Shown here: piece after piece, positions 14,785-25,158 of the stretch
How the letters are laid out: every line of letters begins with the position of its first letter
Numbering within the stretch: the stretch's first letter is position 1
From: an uncultured Gemmatimonadaceae bacterium
Lineage (GTDB): Bacteria > Gemmatimonadota > Gemmatimonadetes > Gemmatimonadales > Gemmatimonadaceae
Length of the DNA stretch: 64,000 bases
Direction of reading: 5' to 3'
Assembly: GCA_963716745.1 (NCBI GenBank)
Contig: OY970320.1
Location: forward strand, 640,001 to 704,000
Notes under the pieces: model-generated
Told to the model about the DNA's origin: nothing
The model's input: only the letters and a program-made list of their open reading frames with translations
Databases searched by the model: none
Translations under genes and position numbers: made by a program

Positions 14785-15730
14785 GGATCAACTCATCGAT
14801 GAGAGTGTCGAGCGGCCGCTCCGGCGTCCATCCGGTGGCGGCACGCAGCTTCGAAGCATCGCCCACGAGCGCGGGCACATCCACGGGGCGCTGGAGCGCC
14901 GGATCGGGCTGCAACATGGCCTGCACGCCGGCGCGCGCGAGCACGAGCCGCGCGAGTGCGGCGACATCCGTGCCCACGCCGCTCGCGATGTTGTACGCCT
15001 CACCCGGCGCGCCGCGCTCGGCGAGCAGCACGTATGCGCGCGCGACATCCGCCACGTGCGAGAAATCGCGCACCGGCGTCATGTTCCCTACTGGCACCAC
15101 GTTCGCGCCGCTCGCCTTCGCTGCGATCGCCCGCGCGACGAGCGCCGGCAGCAGGAACTGCGCCGACTGCCCCGGGCCGCTGTGATTGAACGCACGCACG
15201 GCGATCACCCGCACGCCGGCGCTGCGATGCGCCTCGAGTGCGAGCACCTCCTGCGCCGCCTTGCTCGCCGCGTACACGCTGAGCGGCCGCTGCTTCGTGG
15301 TCTCGCGCAGCGGCACATCGGCGGAGTCGTGCCGCCCGTACTGCTCGCCGCTGCCGGCAATGATCACCACCGGATCGAGCGTGCCCGCCGCGCGCCGCAC
15401 GCGCAGGTCGCCGAGCAGACGCGCGGCGGCGCCGACGTTCACGTCCACCGCCGCGCCCGGATCCTTGTCGGCCGCGGGCACGAACGCGACGCCGGCGAGA
15501 TGGAACACCATGTCCGGCTTGGACGCCTCGAGCGCGCCGCGCACGTCGTCCATGCGCGTCACGTCGCAGCTGCGCCAGGTCACGGCTCTCTTCTCGTCCG
15601 AGGTGAGCGCACCGGCCGGCACGTCGCCGCCCAGCGCGGTGCCGGTCACGGCAATGCCCTGGCGCAGCAGCTCGTGACAGAGCCACTGGCCGACGAATCC
15701 GGCCGCGCCGGTCACCAGCGCGCGGCGCAT
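14768..15730 (-). CDS. rmd: GDP-4-keto-6-deoxy-D-mannose reductase-like extended SDR
   Basis: [40 protein letters not shown]...RDF, RPVD...LVGDASKL. Adjacent to gmd. Confidence 0.75.
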
Positions 15731-15732
15731 GC

Positions 15733-16785
<1,053 letters not shown>

Positions 16786-16803
16786 CTATTCGCGCCGGTC
16801 GCA

Positions 16804-17016
16804 TCACGCGACGGGGACCCCGCGCGGCGCGCGCTGGATCTTGCCGGCCGCGAGACAGCGGGTGCAGACCTTGATCTTGGTGATCTTGCCGTCGACGAGG
16901 ATGCGCGCGACCTGGAGGTTCGGCTTCCAGACCCGGCGCGTCCGGTTATTGGCGTGCGAGACGTTGTTCCCGAAGGTCACGCCCTTCTTGCACACGTAGC
17001 AACACTTGCTCTGCAT
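16804..17016 (-). CDS. rpmB: 50S ribosomal protein L28
   Basis: CYVC...[21 protein letters not shown]...KVCTRCL. Confidence 0.96.
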   Translation of the reverse strand: MQSKCCYVCKKGVTFGNNVSHANNRTRRVWKPNLQVARILVDGKITKIKVCTRCLAAGKIQRAPRGVPVA

Positions 17017-17019
17017 GGG

Positions 17020-17376
17020 TCAGCCCTCGATCAGCTCGATGCGCGCCATCTCGGCGCCGTCACCCTTGCGGTGACCGATCTTCAGGATGCGGGTGTAGCC
17101 GCCGGCGCGCGTCTTGAAGCGCGGGCCGATCTCGGTGAACAGCTTGTCGCCCAGGTCGCGCTGCTGCACATGACGGCCGGCGAGGCGGCGCGCATGCAGC
17201 GTGCCGGTCTTGGCCTTCGTGATCAGCTTCTCGACGAACGGACGGAGCTCCTTGGCCTTCGCCTCGGTGGTCTCGATCGCGCCGTGCTCGATGAGCGCGG
17301 ACGCGAGCCCGCGCATGAGCGCGAGCTTCTGTTCGCCGGTGCGGCGGAGCTGACGGCCTGCCTTCTGATGGCGCAT
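17020..17376 (-). CDS. rplQ: 50S ribosomal protein L17
   Basis: MRHQKAGRQL...IETTEAKAKELR...GGYTRILK...RKGDGAEMARIEL. Confidence 0.98.
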   Translation of the reverse strand: MRHQKAGRQLRRTGEQKLALMRGLASALIEHGAIETTEAKAKELRPFVEKLITKAKTGTLHARRLAGRHVQQRDLGDKLFTEIGPRFKTRAGGYTRILKIGHRKGDGAEMARIELIEG

Positions 17377-17382
17377 GGTGCT

Positions 17383-18448
17383 CTACTCCTCGTCGTCTGG
17401 TGCGGCGGCGGCGGCGCGGCTCGGCGGCGTGCCCCAATCGGTGACGCGCACGCCCTCGGCGCCTTCCTCGTACCGCATGCCGAAGTTCAATCCTTCACGC
17501 TCGAGGAGCGTCGCGATCTCCTGCAGCGACTTCTTCCCGAAATTCTTCACCTGCAGCATTCTGCGTCTCGGTCTGGCGCACGAGGTCGCCCAGCGTGCGG
17601 ATGTCCGAGTTCTTGAGCGAGTTCACCGAACGCACCGACAGCTCGAGCTCGTCGATCGGCGTCAGGAGCAGCGTCGCGAGACGGTGTCCGTCGCCCGAGT
17701 GGTCGCCCTCGACGCCGGCCACGCCCTGCGAGTGCGAACCGAAGTTCGCGAAGAACTGGAAGTGCGTCTGCGCCAGCGCGGCCGCGTAGCTCACGGCCTC
17801 TTCCGGCGTCAGCGTGCCGTTCGTCTCGACGGTGAGCGTGAGGCGGTCGTAGTCCGTCCGCTGGCCGACGCGGGTCTCGGCGACCGCGAAGTTCACGCGG
17901 CGCACCGGATTGTAGATCGCATCGATGCGCACGAGGTCGATCGGCAGGCCGCGGTCGGCGGGATGCTGGTCGCTCTCGAGGTAACCGCGCCCCTTGTTCA
18001 CGTAGAGCTCGATGTTCAGCTCGCGGTCATCCTGCAGCGTGAGGATGTGGTGCGAGGGATCGATGACCCGCGCCGCGCCGCTCTCCTCGATGTCGCGCGC
18101 CGTGACCGCGCCCGTGCCGTTCTTGCGGATCTTCAGCACCGTCTCGTCCACGTCGTCCGCGAGGACGAGCGTGAGCGTCTTCAGGTTGCCGATGATCTGG
18201 TGCACATCCTCGACGACGCCGGGGATGGTCTGGTGCTCGTGCAGCACGCCGTCGATGCGGAAGCCCCACACCGCCGAGCCGCGGAGCGACGAGAGCAGCA
18301 GGCGACGCATCGCGTTGCCGAGCGTGTGGCCGTAGCCGCGCTCCAGAGGCTGGACCCGGAATTCCGCGACGTTCGGACTGTCGTCCCGCTTCGTCGCCTC
18401 AACTACCTGCGGGCGAACCAGGCCCGTAAGATCGATCGCTTGCGCCAT
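17383..18448 (-). CDS. rpoA: RNA polymerase alpha subunit (1-nt insertion near 17560)
   Basis: PLERGYGHTLGNAMRRLLLSS, DAIYNPV, LELSVRSVNSLK. Removing one A restores ETQMLQVKNFGKKSLQEI and a stop at 17383. GAGGA RBS upstream of ATG 18448. Confidence 0.97.
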
Positions 18449-18464
18449 GCTTGGATTCCTCGAA

Positions 18465-18588
18465 TGGTCAGACCGGGAGAGCCCGGCCACGCTTCACCTC
18501 GCCTCTGATGCGCGGTGAACCCGTACGGGGATCAGAGCCCCGACCAGTGCAGCGGCACGCCGGAGCGCGCCGCACCAATGCAACCGGA
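18465..18588 (-). ncRNA. Candidate cis-regulatory structured RNA (kissing-loop) in the rpsD-rpoA spacer
   Basis: Hairpins CGGGG-CUCUGAU-CCCCG and UUCACCGCGC-AUCAGAG-GCGAGGUGAA have complementary loops. Further hairpins lie on both sides. Confidence 0.5.
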
Positions 18589-19221
18589 TTACTTGCTGTA
18601 CAACTCGACGATCAACTGCTCCTGCGCTGCGATCGGGATGTCCGTGCGGCTGGGCTTCTCGAGCATCTTGCCGCTGAACGTGTCCTTGTCCACGGCGATC
18701 CACGAGAGCGGCACGCCGCGTCCCGCCTGCTCCATCGCCTGGATCACGGACACCTGTTCGCGCGACGCCGGACGCACCCGCACTTCCTCGCCGGGACGCA
18801 CGAGATAGCTCGGGATGTCCACCTGCTTGCCCTTCACCTCAATGTGCCGGTGCCGGATGAGCTGGCGCGCGGCCTTGCGGCTCGCAGCGAATCCCATGCG
18901 GTAGACGATGTTGTCGAGGCGGCTCTCGAGCGCGCCGAGCAGGTTGTGCCCGGTGATGCCGGGGAGCTTGGACACGCGCACGAACGTGTTGCGGAACTGC
19001 AGTTCGCTCACGCCATACATGCGCTTCACCTTCTGCTTCTCACGCAGCTGCTTCGCGTACTCGCTCGCCTTGCGGCGGCGCGCGGTGCTCTGGCCGTGCT
19101 GGCCGGGCGCGTACGGACGGCGCTCGACCGGGCACTTCTCGGTGAAGCACTTGGTGCCCTTCAAGAAGAGCTTGGTGCCTTCGCGGCGGCACTGGCGGCA
19201 GCTGGGACCCGTATAGCGCAT
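18589..19221 (-). CDS. rpsD: 30S ribosomal protein S4
   Basis: MRYTGPSCRQCRREG...PGQHG...QLREKQK...LESRLDN...IVELYSK. Confidence 0.98.
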   Translation of the reverse strand: MRYTGPSCRQCRREGTKLFLKGTKCFTEKCPVERRPYAPGQHGQSTARRRKASEYAKQLREKQKVKRMYGVSELQFRNTFVRVSKLPGITGHNLLGALESRLDNIVYRMGFAASRKAARQLIRHRHIEVKGKQVDIPSYLVRPGEEVRVRPASREQVSVIQAMEQAGRGVPLSWIAVDKDTFSGKMLEKPSRTDIPIAAQEQLIVELYSK

Positions 19222-19224
19222 CGG

Positions 19225-19617
19225 TCAGACCCTCCGGCGCTTCGGCGGACGGCACCCGTTGTGCGGGATGGGCGTCACGTCACGGATCGACTTGATCTGC
19301 AGACCGGCGGCGGCGAGCGCCTGGATGGCGGACTCGCGGCCGCTGCCCGGGCCCTGCACGCGCACATGGAGGCGCTTCACGCCGAGGTCCTTCGCTTCCT
19401 TCGCGCACATCTCGGCGGCGACGGTCGCGGCGAACGGCGTGGACTTCTTGGAGCCCTTGAACTGCGCCTTGCCCGACGACGCCCACGCGACGGTATTGCC
19501 GTGCATGTCCGTGATCGTGATGAGCGTGTTGTTGAAGGTCGCGTTCACGTGCGCGATCCCTTCGGATTCGACGGCACGCTTCGCCTTCTTGGGAGCGCCG
19601 GGTTTTGCGGTTGCCAT
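19225..19617 (-). CDS. rpsK: 30S ribosomal protein S11
   Basis: ATFNNT...KKSTPFAA...GPGSGRE...[18 protein letters not shown]. Confidence 0.98.
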   Translation of the reverse strand: MATAKPGAPKKAKRAVESEGIAHVNATFNNTLITITDMHGNTVAWASSGKAQFKGSKKSTPFAATVAAEMCAKEAKDLGVKRLHVRVQGPGSGRESAIQALAAAGLQIKSIRDVTPIPHNGCRPPKRRRV

Positions 19618-19674
19618 GCTGTGCGAGCCTCTAGATCGGTAGTCGGAGAAAGCGGAGAATGCGGAGCGCCGCGA

Positions 19675-20052
19675 TTACTTGGTGACCTTCTTCTTCCCGG
19701 CGATGGCGCGGCGCGGGCCCTTCTTAGTGCGGGCGTTCGTATGCGTGCGCTGGCCGCGGACGGGCAGACCCTTCCGGTGGCGGACGCCGCGATACGAACC
19801 GATGTCCATCAGTCGCTTGATGTTCATGGCGACTTCGGTGCGGAGCGCGCCTTCGACGCGCAGGTCCTTCTCGATCGCCTGGCGGAGGCGGTTCGTGTCG
19901 GCGTCGTTCAAGTCCTTCGCGCGGATATCGGGGCTGACCCCGGTGTCGGCGAGGATCTTGCGCGCGGTCGCGCGCCCAATGCCGAAGATGTACGTCAGGC
20001 CGATCTCGATGCGCTTCTCGCGCGGCAGATCGACTCCCGCAATGCGTGCCAT
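19675..20052 (-). CDS. rpsM: 30S ribosomal protein S13
   Basis: [10 protein letters not shown]...LTYIFGIG...[23 protein letters not shown]. Confidence 0.98.
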   Translation of the reverse strand: MARIAGVDLPREKRIEIGLTYIFGIGRATARKILADTGVSPDIRAKDLNDADTNRLRQAIEKDLRVEGALRTEVAMNIKRLMDIGSYRGVRHRKGLPVRGQRTHTNARTKKGPRRAIAGKKKVTK

Positions 20053-20055
20053 GGA

Positions 20056-20172
20056 TTAACCCTGCCGCTGCTTATGCTTTGGATTGCGCTTGCAGATGAT
20101 GCGAGTCACGCCGTTTCGCTTGACGACTTTGCAATGCTCGCAGATCGGCTTCACGCTGCTTCGAACTTTCAC
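20056..20172 (-). CDS. rpmJ: 50S ribosomal protein L36 (below the ORF-track size cutoff)
   Basis: Manual translation from GTG 20172: [38 protein letters not shown]. Confidence 0.97.
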   Translation of the reverse strand: MKVRSSVKPICEHCKVVKRNGVTRIICKRNPKHKQRQG

Positions 20173-20218
20173 AGGAACTCCGGTTTGGTGCCGAAACTGA
20201 AATCCGGTCAAGTCTCAC

Positions 20219-20247
20219 AGAATAACCAACTTAGAGTTCCAATGCAA
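20219..20247 (-). promoter_or_regulatory. Sigma70-type promoter of the rpmJ-alpha operon
   Basis: TTGCAT-17 nt-TATTCT on the minus strand in an AT-rich patch about 47 nt upstream of rpmJ. Confidence 0.7.
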
Positions 20248-20274
20248 GGGAGGCGCAGGAGGTCACCGCAGACC

Positions 20275-20389
20275 GCGGGGTTGGTACCGCAAGAGGCGCG
20301 TTAGCGTTGGCGTTGGGGATGACAATCACGACGCAAGCCACGGTTCCTAACGCCAACGCCACACACGCCCCCAGCGGTACCAGCCCCGC
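20275..20389. repeat. 115-bp imperfect palindrome (REP/REPIN-like) just after the pyrF stop
   Basis: GCGGGGTTGGTACCGC pairs with GCGGTACCAGCCCCGC; the inner GCGTTGGCGTTGGGGA pairs with TTCCTAACGCCAACGC. Confidence 0.8.
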
Positions 20390-20391
20390 CC

Positions 20392-21081
20392 TCAGCGGTT
20401 CAACTCACGCAGTATTTCCGTGAGTTCCGCACCTGGATCCGTCGCCTCGGTCACCGCCCGGCCGAGCACCAAATAACTCGCCCCCGCCGCCACCGCCGCG
20501 GCCGGTGTCACCACCCGCGCCTGGTCATGCGCGTCCCCGCCCGCCCGTCTGATCCCCGGCACCAGAATAGCCAGCTCGTCTCCGAACGCCGCCTTCACCG
20601 CCCCACACTCGGCGCCCGAGCACACCACCCCATGCGCGCCCGCCTCCGCGGCGATCCCCGCGAGTCTCAACACCTCGGCGCTCAGACTCGTGATCGAGCG
20701 CCCCCACGCCGCGCCGAGCGATGGCGCGTCGAGCGAGGTGAGCACCGTCACCGCGAGCACTTTGCAATGCGCGCCTGCCCCTTCGACGGCCGCCTCGATC
20801 ATCGCGCGGCCGCCCGACGCGTGCACCGTCACGAGCGCCGCGCCCGTCGCGGCCGCATTGCGCGCCGCGCCGCGTACGGTGTTCGGAATGTCATGCAGCT
20901 TGAGGTCCAGGAACACGTCGCGTCCTTCGTCGCGCATGGCGCGCACGACCGGCGGCCCTCCCGCGGTGAACAGCTCGAGTCCCACCTTCACGAAATCGCA
21001 CGCCGCGCCGAGGCGCGCGGTGAGCGCCGCCGCCCGCGCGAGATCGGGCACGTCGAGCGCGACGATCGCGCGCGGCTTCAC
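20392..21081 (-). CDS. pyrF: Orotidine-5'-phosphate decarboxylase
   Basis: GTG start overlapping the pyrD stop (GTGA). IVALD, KVGLELF, FLDLKLHDIPNTV, VTVLTS, VPGIR, DQARV, LGRAV. Confidence 0.95.
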   Translation of the reverse strand: MKPRAIVALDVPDLARAAALTARLGAACDFVKVGLELFTAGGPPVVRAMRDEGRDVFLDLKLHDIPNTVRGAARNAAATGAALVTVHASGGRAMIEAAVEGAGAHCKVLAVTVLTSLDAPSLGAAWGRSITSLSAEVLRLAGIAAEAGAHGVVCSGAECGAVKAAFGDELAILVPGIRRAGGDAHDQARVVTPAAAVAAGASYLVLGRAVTEATDPGAELTEILRELNR

Positions 21082-22014
21082 GACGGCCACTCCAGCGTGC
21101 CGATCACTGCGCCGATGGATCGCACACCCTCGCGCTCGCACCACCGCTCGAGATCCGCGCACGATGCGCGCGGGCGCGCGCGGGTCGCGCAGTGCCGCCG
21201 TGCCCACCGCGAAGATCGTCGCGCCGGCCAGGAGATATTGGAGCGCGTCGTTCGCGGAGGCGATCCCGCCCACGCCGCAGAGCGGCACCGCGGCGCCGAG
21301 CGCTTTGCGCACGCGCCACACCGCGAGCACGCCTACCGGCAGCAATCCCGCCCCGCTCACGCCGCCCGTGCCGAAGCCGAGCGCGGGGCGTCGCGTGCTC
21401 GTGTCCACGAGCAGACCGGGGATCGTGTTCACCACGCTGATGCCATCGGCGCCCGCATCGACGGCGATGCGCGCGCTCGCGCCAATGTCGCTCAGCACGG
21501 GGCTGAGCTTCACGAAGAGCGGCTGCGAGGTCGCGGCGCGCGCTGAACGCACGACGGCCGCGAGCGTCGCCGGGTCGGCGCCGAATTCCATGCCGCCCGC
21601 TTTCACGTTCGGACAGCTGACATTCAGTTCGAAGCCGTGCACGCCCGGCGTGCCGGTGAGTCCGCGCACCACCTCCCCGTATTCCTCCACGGTGTCCCCC
21701 ACGACGTTCACGAGCGCACGCGCGCGGCGGAGATGCTCCGCGATCCAGGGGATCTCGTCGCGCCGCACCGCCTCGAGACCGGGATTGGCCAGACCCACCG
21801 CGTTGATCATCCCGCCGGGGAAATCGGCGGCGCGCATTGCTGGCGCACCGGCGCGCGGCCGCACGCTCACGGCTTTCGTGAATATCCCGCCGAGCGCGTC
21901 GAGATCCATGACATCCTGCAGCTCGCGCCCGTATGCCGCGGTGCCGCTCGCGAGCAGCAGCGGATTCTGGAAGCGGATCCCGGCCGCTTCGACTTCGAGC
22001 GCTCCGGCCGTCAC
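21078..22014 (-). CDS. pyrD: Dihydroorotate dehydrogenase, family 1B catalytic subunit (1-nt insertion near 21155)
   Basis: NPLLLASGT, MINAVGLANPG, ELNVSCPNV, VKLSP, GGVSG. Removing one G gives the normal end DLERWCEREGVRSIGAVIGTLEWPS*. Confidence 0.93.
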
Positions 22015-23225
22015 GGCGTGCCGCCGCGCACGCGGCGCTCGTAGTGGTCGAGATACTCCATGGTCGCGTCGGCGATCACGTTGGCGATCTTCCGCTGCTG
22101 CGCCTGATTCGTGAGCAGCTTCGCGTCATCCGGGTTCGTGCCGAAGCCGATCTCCACGAGCACCGCCGGCATGTACGCGGTCTTGAGCACCACGAACCCA
22201 GCCTGCATTACGCCGCGGCTCGGTCCCGGCATCGCGTCGCCCAGGCGCCGCTGCACGATCTCGGCCAGTTCCTTGGACTCGCGCAGGTGTTCGTTTTGCG
22301 CCATGTCGTTGATAATGAAGTTGAGCGGGTCGCCCTGCGGCGCGTTGGCCCCCGTCTCGAACTTGATCACGTCGTTCTCCATCTTCTCGACGCGGCGCGC
22401 GTCCTCGGTCTTCGCTTCGGACAAGAAGTACGTCTCGAACCCGCGCGTGTCGCCCGGGCGGTGCCACTCGAGCGGCGCCGCGTTCACGTGCACGGAGACG
22501 AACACGTCGCCGTGCCATTTGTTGGCCATCGGCCCGCGATCGTAGAGACCGATGAGCGTGTCGGCGGTGCGCGTCATCATCACGTCCACGCCGCGGTCGC
22601 GAAGGTTCGCGGCGAGCTTCTTGGCCACCGAGAGCGTGATGTCCTTCTCGTGCATCTGCCAGTGCGAGCCGATGGGACCGTGCATGCCGCCGTCGACGCC
22701 GCCATGTCCGGCGTCCACCACGACGCGGCGGCGGTGCTTCCGAACGCCGGGGCGCGTAGCGTTCCCCTTCTTCGTGACCGGCACGTCGGCGACCGCGACG
22801 ATCGGCGGCCGCTCGCCGGGGGCGACGAGCGTGAGCTGGCGGTTGGGCGGATCGTACACCCAGCGCGACGGCGTCACGCGCGGCAGCATCTCCGCGAACA
22901 CCTCGTAGGGGACGAGCAGCACGCCGTCGCGCTCGCGCGGCGCGACGGCGAGCGGAATGGTCTCGCCGTCCACGCGCATGTACGGTACGTCGAGCGCGAG
23001 TTCGACGAGCGTTCCGCCGATGAGCAGTTCATGGCGCCCGCCGAGGCCGATGCTGTCGCGCACCGCGATCACGGGCGCGAGGCCGATCACGGGCACGAAC
23101 GAGATGCCGTCGCGCTGCGCGACCGCGACGTCGGCCGTCGCGGCGCCCGAGCGGATGCTCAGCACGCCGGGCGCCGCGGCCGGCATCCCCGCGGCGAGTT
23201 GCAGCGCGATCGCGAGGTGGATCAC
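22011..23225 (-). CDS. N-acetylmuramoyl-L-alanine amidase (Amidase_3, AmiA/B/C-like)
   Basis: VVVDAGHGG, EKDITL, MTR, FVSVHVNA, RGFETYF, AGFVVLK...PAVLVEIGF. Confidence 0.93.
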   Translation of the reverse strand: MIHLAIALQLAAGMPAAAPGVLSIRSGAATADVAVAQRDGISFVPVIGLAPVIAVRDSIGLGGRHELLIGGTLVELALDVPYMRVDGETIPLAVAPRERDGVLLVPYEVFAEMLPRVTPSRWVYDPPNRQLTLVAPGERPPIVAVADVPVTKKGNATRPGVRKHRRRVVVDAGHGGVDGGMHGPIGSHWQMHEKDITLSVAKKLAANLRDRGVDVMMTRTADTLIGLYDRGPMANKWHGDVFVSVHVNAAPLEWHRPGDTRGFETYFLSEAKTEDARRVEKMENDVIKFETGANAPQGDPLNFIINDMAQNEHLRESKELAEIVQRRLGDAMPGPSRGVMQAGFVVLKTAYMPAVLVEIGFGTNPDDAKLLTNQAQQRKIANVIADATMEYLDHYERRVRGGTP

Positions 23226-23689
23226 CGGACGCGGCGCGCGCGCGCCATCTCGCGCTCATCGTCCTTCTTGCGCTCGTCGGCCCGCTTGTCGTGGAGTTTC
23301 TTTCCCTTGCCGAGCGCGATCGTCACCTTCGCCTTGCCCTTCTTGAAATAGAGGTCGAGCGGAACGAGCGTGAGTCCCTGTCGCTCGGTCGCGCCGATGA
23401 GCCGGCGGATCTCGCGCCGGTGCATGAGCAGCTTGCGCGTGCGCGTGGGCTCGTGGTTGAACTGGTTCCCCTGCTCGTAGGGCGAGATGTGCAGGTTGAG
23501 CAGGTAGACCTCGCCGCCATGCACGATGCCGTAGCTGTCCGAGAGGTTCGCTTTGCCGTTGCGCAGCGATTTCACTTCGGTGCCCGTGAGCGCGATGCCG
23601 GCTTCCCACGAGTCGAGGATGGAATATTCGTGGCGCGCCCGCCGGTTCCGGGCGATGAGCTCCTGGTCGCCGCGCTCCTCGCTGGCCAT
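23222..23689 (-). CDS. smpB: SsrA-binding protein SmpB
   Basis: NRRARHEY, EAGIALTGTEVKSLR, RTRKLLMH, GKGKKLHDKR. Confidence 0.98.
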   Translation of the reverse strand: MASEERGDQELIARNRRARHEYSILDSWEAGIALTGTEVKSLRNGKANLSDSYGIVHGGEVYLLNLHISPYEQGNQFNHEPTRTRKLLMHRREIRRLIGATERQGLTLVPLDLYFKKGKAKVTIALGKGKKLHDKRADERKKDDEREMARARRVR

Positions 23690-23737
23690 CGTGGGCGGAA
23701 GTTAGACGGCGTTCTCGCATCGGGCAACGGCGTCGCG

Positions 23738-23766
23738 TTGACTTCGATTCTCACGCGGCCTAGCTT
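23738..23766 (+). promoter_or_regulatory. Sigma70-type promoter of tRNA-Leu
   Basis: TTGACT-17 nt-TAGCTT ending 9 nt before the tRNA. Confidence 0.75.
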
Positions 23767-23775
23767 TGCAATCCC

Positions 23776-23859
23776 GCCGAAGTGGTGGAATTGGTAGACG
23801 CGCTGGCTTCAGGAGCCAGTGAGGGCAACCTCGTGGGGGTTCGAGTCCCCCCTTCGGCA
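23776..23859 (+). tRNA. tRNA-Leu(CAG), CCA not encoded
   Basis: Acceptor GCCGAAG/CTTCGGC+A, D-arm TGGTGGAATTGGTAGAC, anticodon arm CTGGC-TT-CAG-GA-GCCAG, long variable arm, GGTTCGAGTCC T-loop. Confidence 0.97.
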
Positions 23860-23896
23860 CTCCATGTGACGCGATCCTCCGTGAGCCATATCGAAG

Positions 23897-23930
23897 AAGG
23901 GCGGCACACCATTCGGTGTGCCGCCCTTTT
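23897..23930 (+). terminator. Rho-independent terminator after tRNA-Leu
   Basis: AAGGGCGGCACACC-attc-GGTGTGCCGCCCTT followed by further Ts. Confidence 0.8.
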
Positions 23931-23943
23931 CGTGTGCCAGAGG

Positions 23944-24040
23944 CGCGTGTGGCAACGGAGCGTATGGTACTACTTTCTGCGCTCGTAGTGAGTAGTCCAA
24001 CGGACGCCCTGCCGTACCATACGCTTAGTTGCTAGACGCG
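23944..24040. repeat. 97-bp imperfect inverted repeat
   Basis: 27-bp arms CGCGTGTGGCAACGGAGCGTATGGTAC vs reverse-complemented CGCGTCTAGCAACTAAGCGTATGGTAC (23/27). Confidence 0.75.
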
Positions 24041-24073
24041 TATTTACAGCGGTACTAAGGCCCACACGCGCCG

Positions 24074-24637
24074 TTATCGCCGCGCCGCCATCGCGCTCGG
24101 CGCGATGTCCTCTGGCAGTTCCGCCGCGCCGTATGCGGCCCGCAGCGCCGCGTTCGCCTCCGCGAGATAGCGCGCCGCGATGTCGCCGGCGCGCGCGATC
24201 TGCTCGTCGGATCCCGGCTCGAGGCGGCCAGCGAACTGCAGCAGCGCGCTGCCGAGATGGTAGCCGGTGCCCGGCGCCTCGCGGCGGCCCAGCGCGTCGG
24301 CGTAAGCGCGGAGACGCGCGTTCAACTGATGCTCCACGATGCGGCGCTTGTCGGGCGCCACCGCGGCATCGGTGGCCATCACATCATCGAGCGCGCGCGC
24401 CACTTCCGACGCCGTGCGGTCGTCGAGCGCATCGCGCTGCGAAGTCACCAGCCCCAGTGCGCGCCGCGCGTAGCGCAGTTCCCAGCGCGCGTGATCGAGA
24501 TCGCCCTGCGTGCCCGCGTCGGCGAGCCACGCGACATCGTCGGCATCCGGTTCGATCTCCAGCGCCGCGACGAACGCCACCGCGCTCGCCTCGCGCGCAC
24601 GCGCCTCGCGCCACCGCCGCAGGAAGGAAGGAAGCAT
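24074..24637 (-). CDS. Hypothetical alpha-helical protein
   Basis: 187-aa ORF with normal composition, in operon orientation after the Rrf2 gene. Confidence 0.7.
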   Translation of the reverse strand: MLPSFLRRWREARAREASAVAFVAALEIEPDADDVAWLADAGTQGDLDHARWELRYARRALGLVTSQRDALDDRTASEVARALDDVMATDAAVAPDKRRIVEHQLNARLRAYADALGRREAPGTGYHLGSALLQFAGRLEPGSDEQIARAGDIAARYLAEANAALRAAYGAAELPEDIAPSAMAARR

Positions 24638-24657
24638 GCCGTCGCGCGCGGCCGCGC

Positions 24658-25113
24658 TCAGCCGTGCAGCACGGGGAGACCCACCCGCAGCCGGACCTCC
24701 GGCTCGTCATGCAGCAGGTCGGCGAGATGCACGCCATCGAGCACGTCGTCGATCTTCTGCTGGAGGAGCATCCACACCGGCCGGATGCTGCACTCGTGCG
24801 ACGCGTCGCACCGCTCGTCATCCACCGGATGCGACACGCAGTGCAGATCGAACGTCGCCAGCTCGGACGCGTTGATGACGTCGCGCACCGAGATCTCGGC
24901 CGGCGTGCGCGCGAGCGCGTAGCCGCCCCGTGCCCCTCGCGTGCTGTTCACGATGCCCGCGCGCCGCATGCGGAGCAGGATCTGCTCGACGTAATCGGCG
25001 GGGAGTTTCTCCCGCGCGGCGATCTCCCGCCCGGTCACCGGCTCATCGTTCGATCGGCGCGCGAGATGCAGCGCGCAGATCAAGCCGTACTCGGCCCACG
25101 TCGTGATCCGCAT
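24658..25113 (-). CDS. Rrf2 family transcriptional regulator (three Cys, likely Fe-S binding)
   Basis: MRITTWAEYG, YVEQIL, STRGARGGYAL, C-terminal CVSHPVDDERCDASHEC. Confidence 0.92.
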   Translation of the reverse strand: MRITTWAEYGLICALHLARRSNDEPVTGREIAAREKLPADYVEQILLRMRRAGIVNSTRGARGGYALARTPAEISVRDVINASELATFDLHCVSHPVDDERCDASHECSIRPVWMLLQQKIDDVLDGVHLADLLHDEPEVRLRVGLPVLHG

Positions 25114-25158
25114 GGATGGACGATAGGCACCTTTCCGGGGCGCGACAAGGGCGCCCGT

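Noticed and set aside
17383..17560. RpoA with truncated alpha-CTD
   Set aside because: Removing one A restores the canonical NFGKKSLQEI motif and a proper stop.
19643..19667. Short CGGAGAA-type repeats between rpsM and rpsK
   Set aside because: Only about three degenerate units with no partner arm; too weak to call.
20392..22014. Apparent PyrD-PyrF fusion protein (540 aa)
   Set aside because: One extra G near 21155 causes it. The alternative frame gives a normal PyrD C-terminus ending in a GTGA overlap with the pyrF start.
23776..24070. tRNA-Leu (and tRNA-Ala at 60260) as a prophage or island attachment site
   Set aside because: No integrase and no duplicated tRNA 3' end seen in the window.
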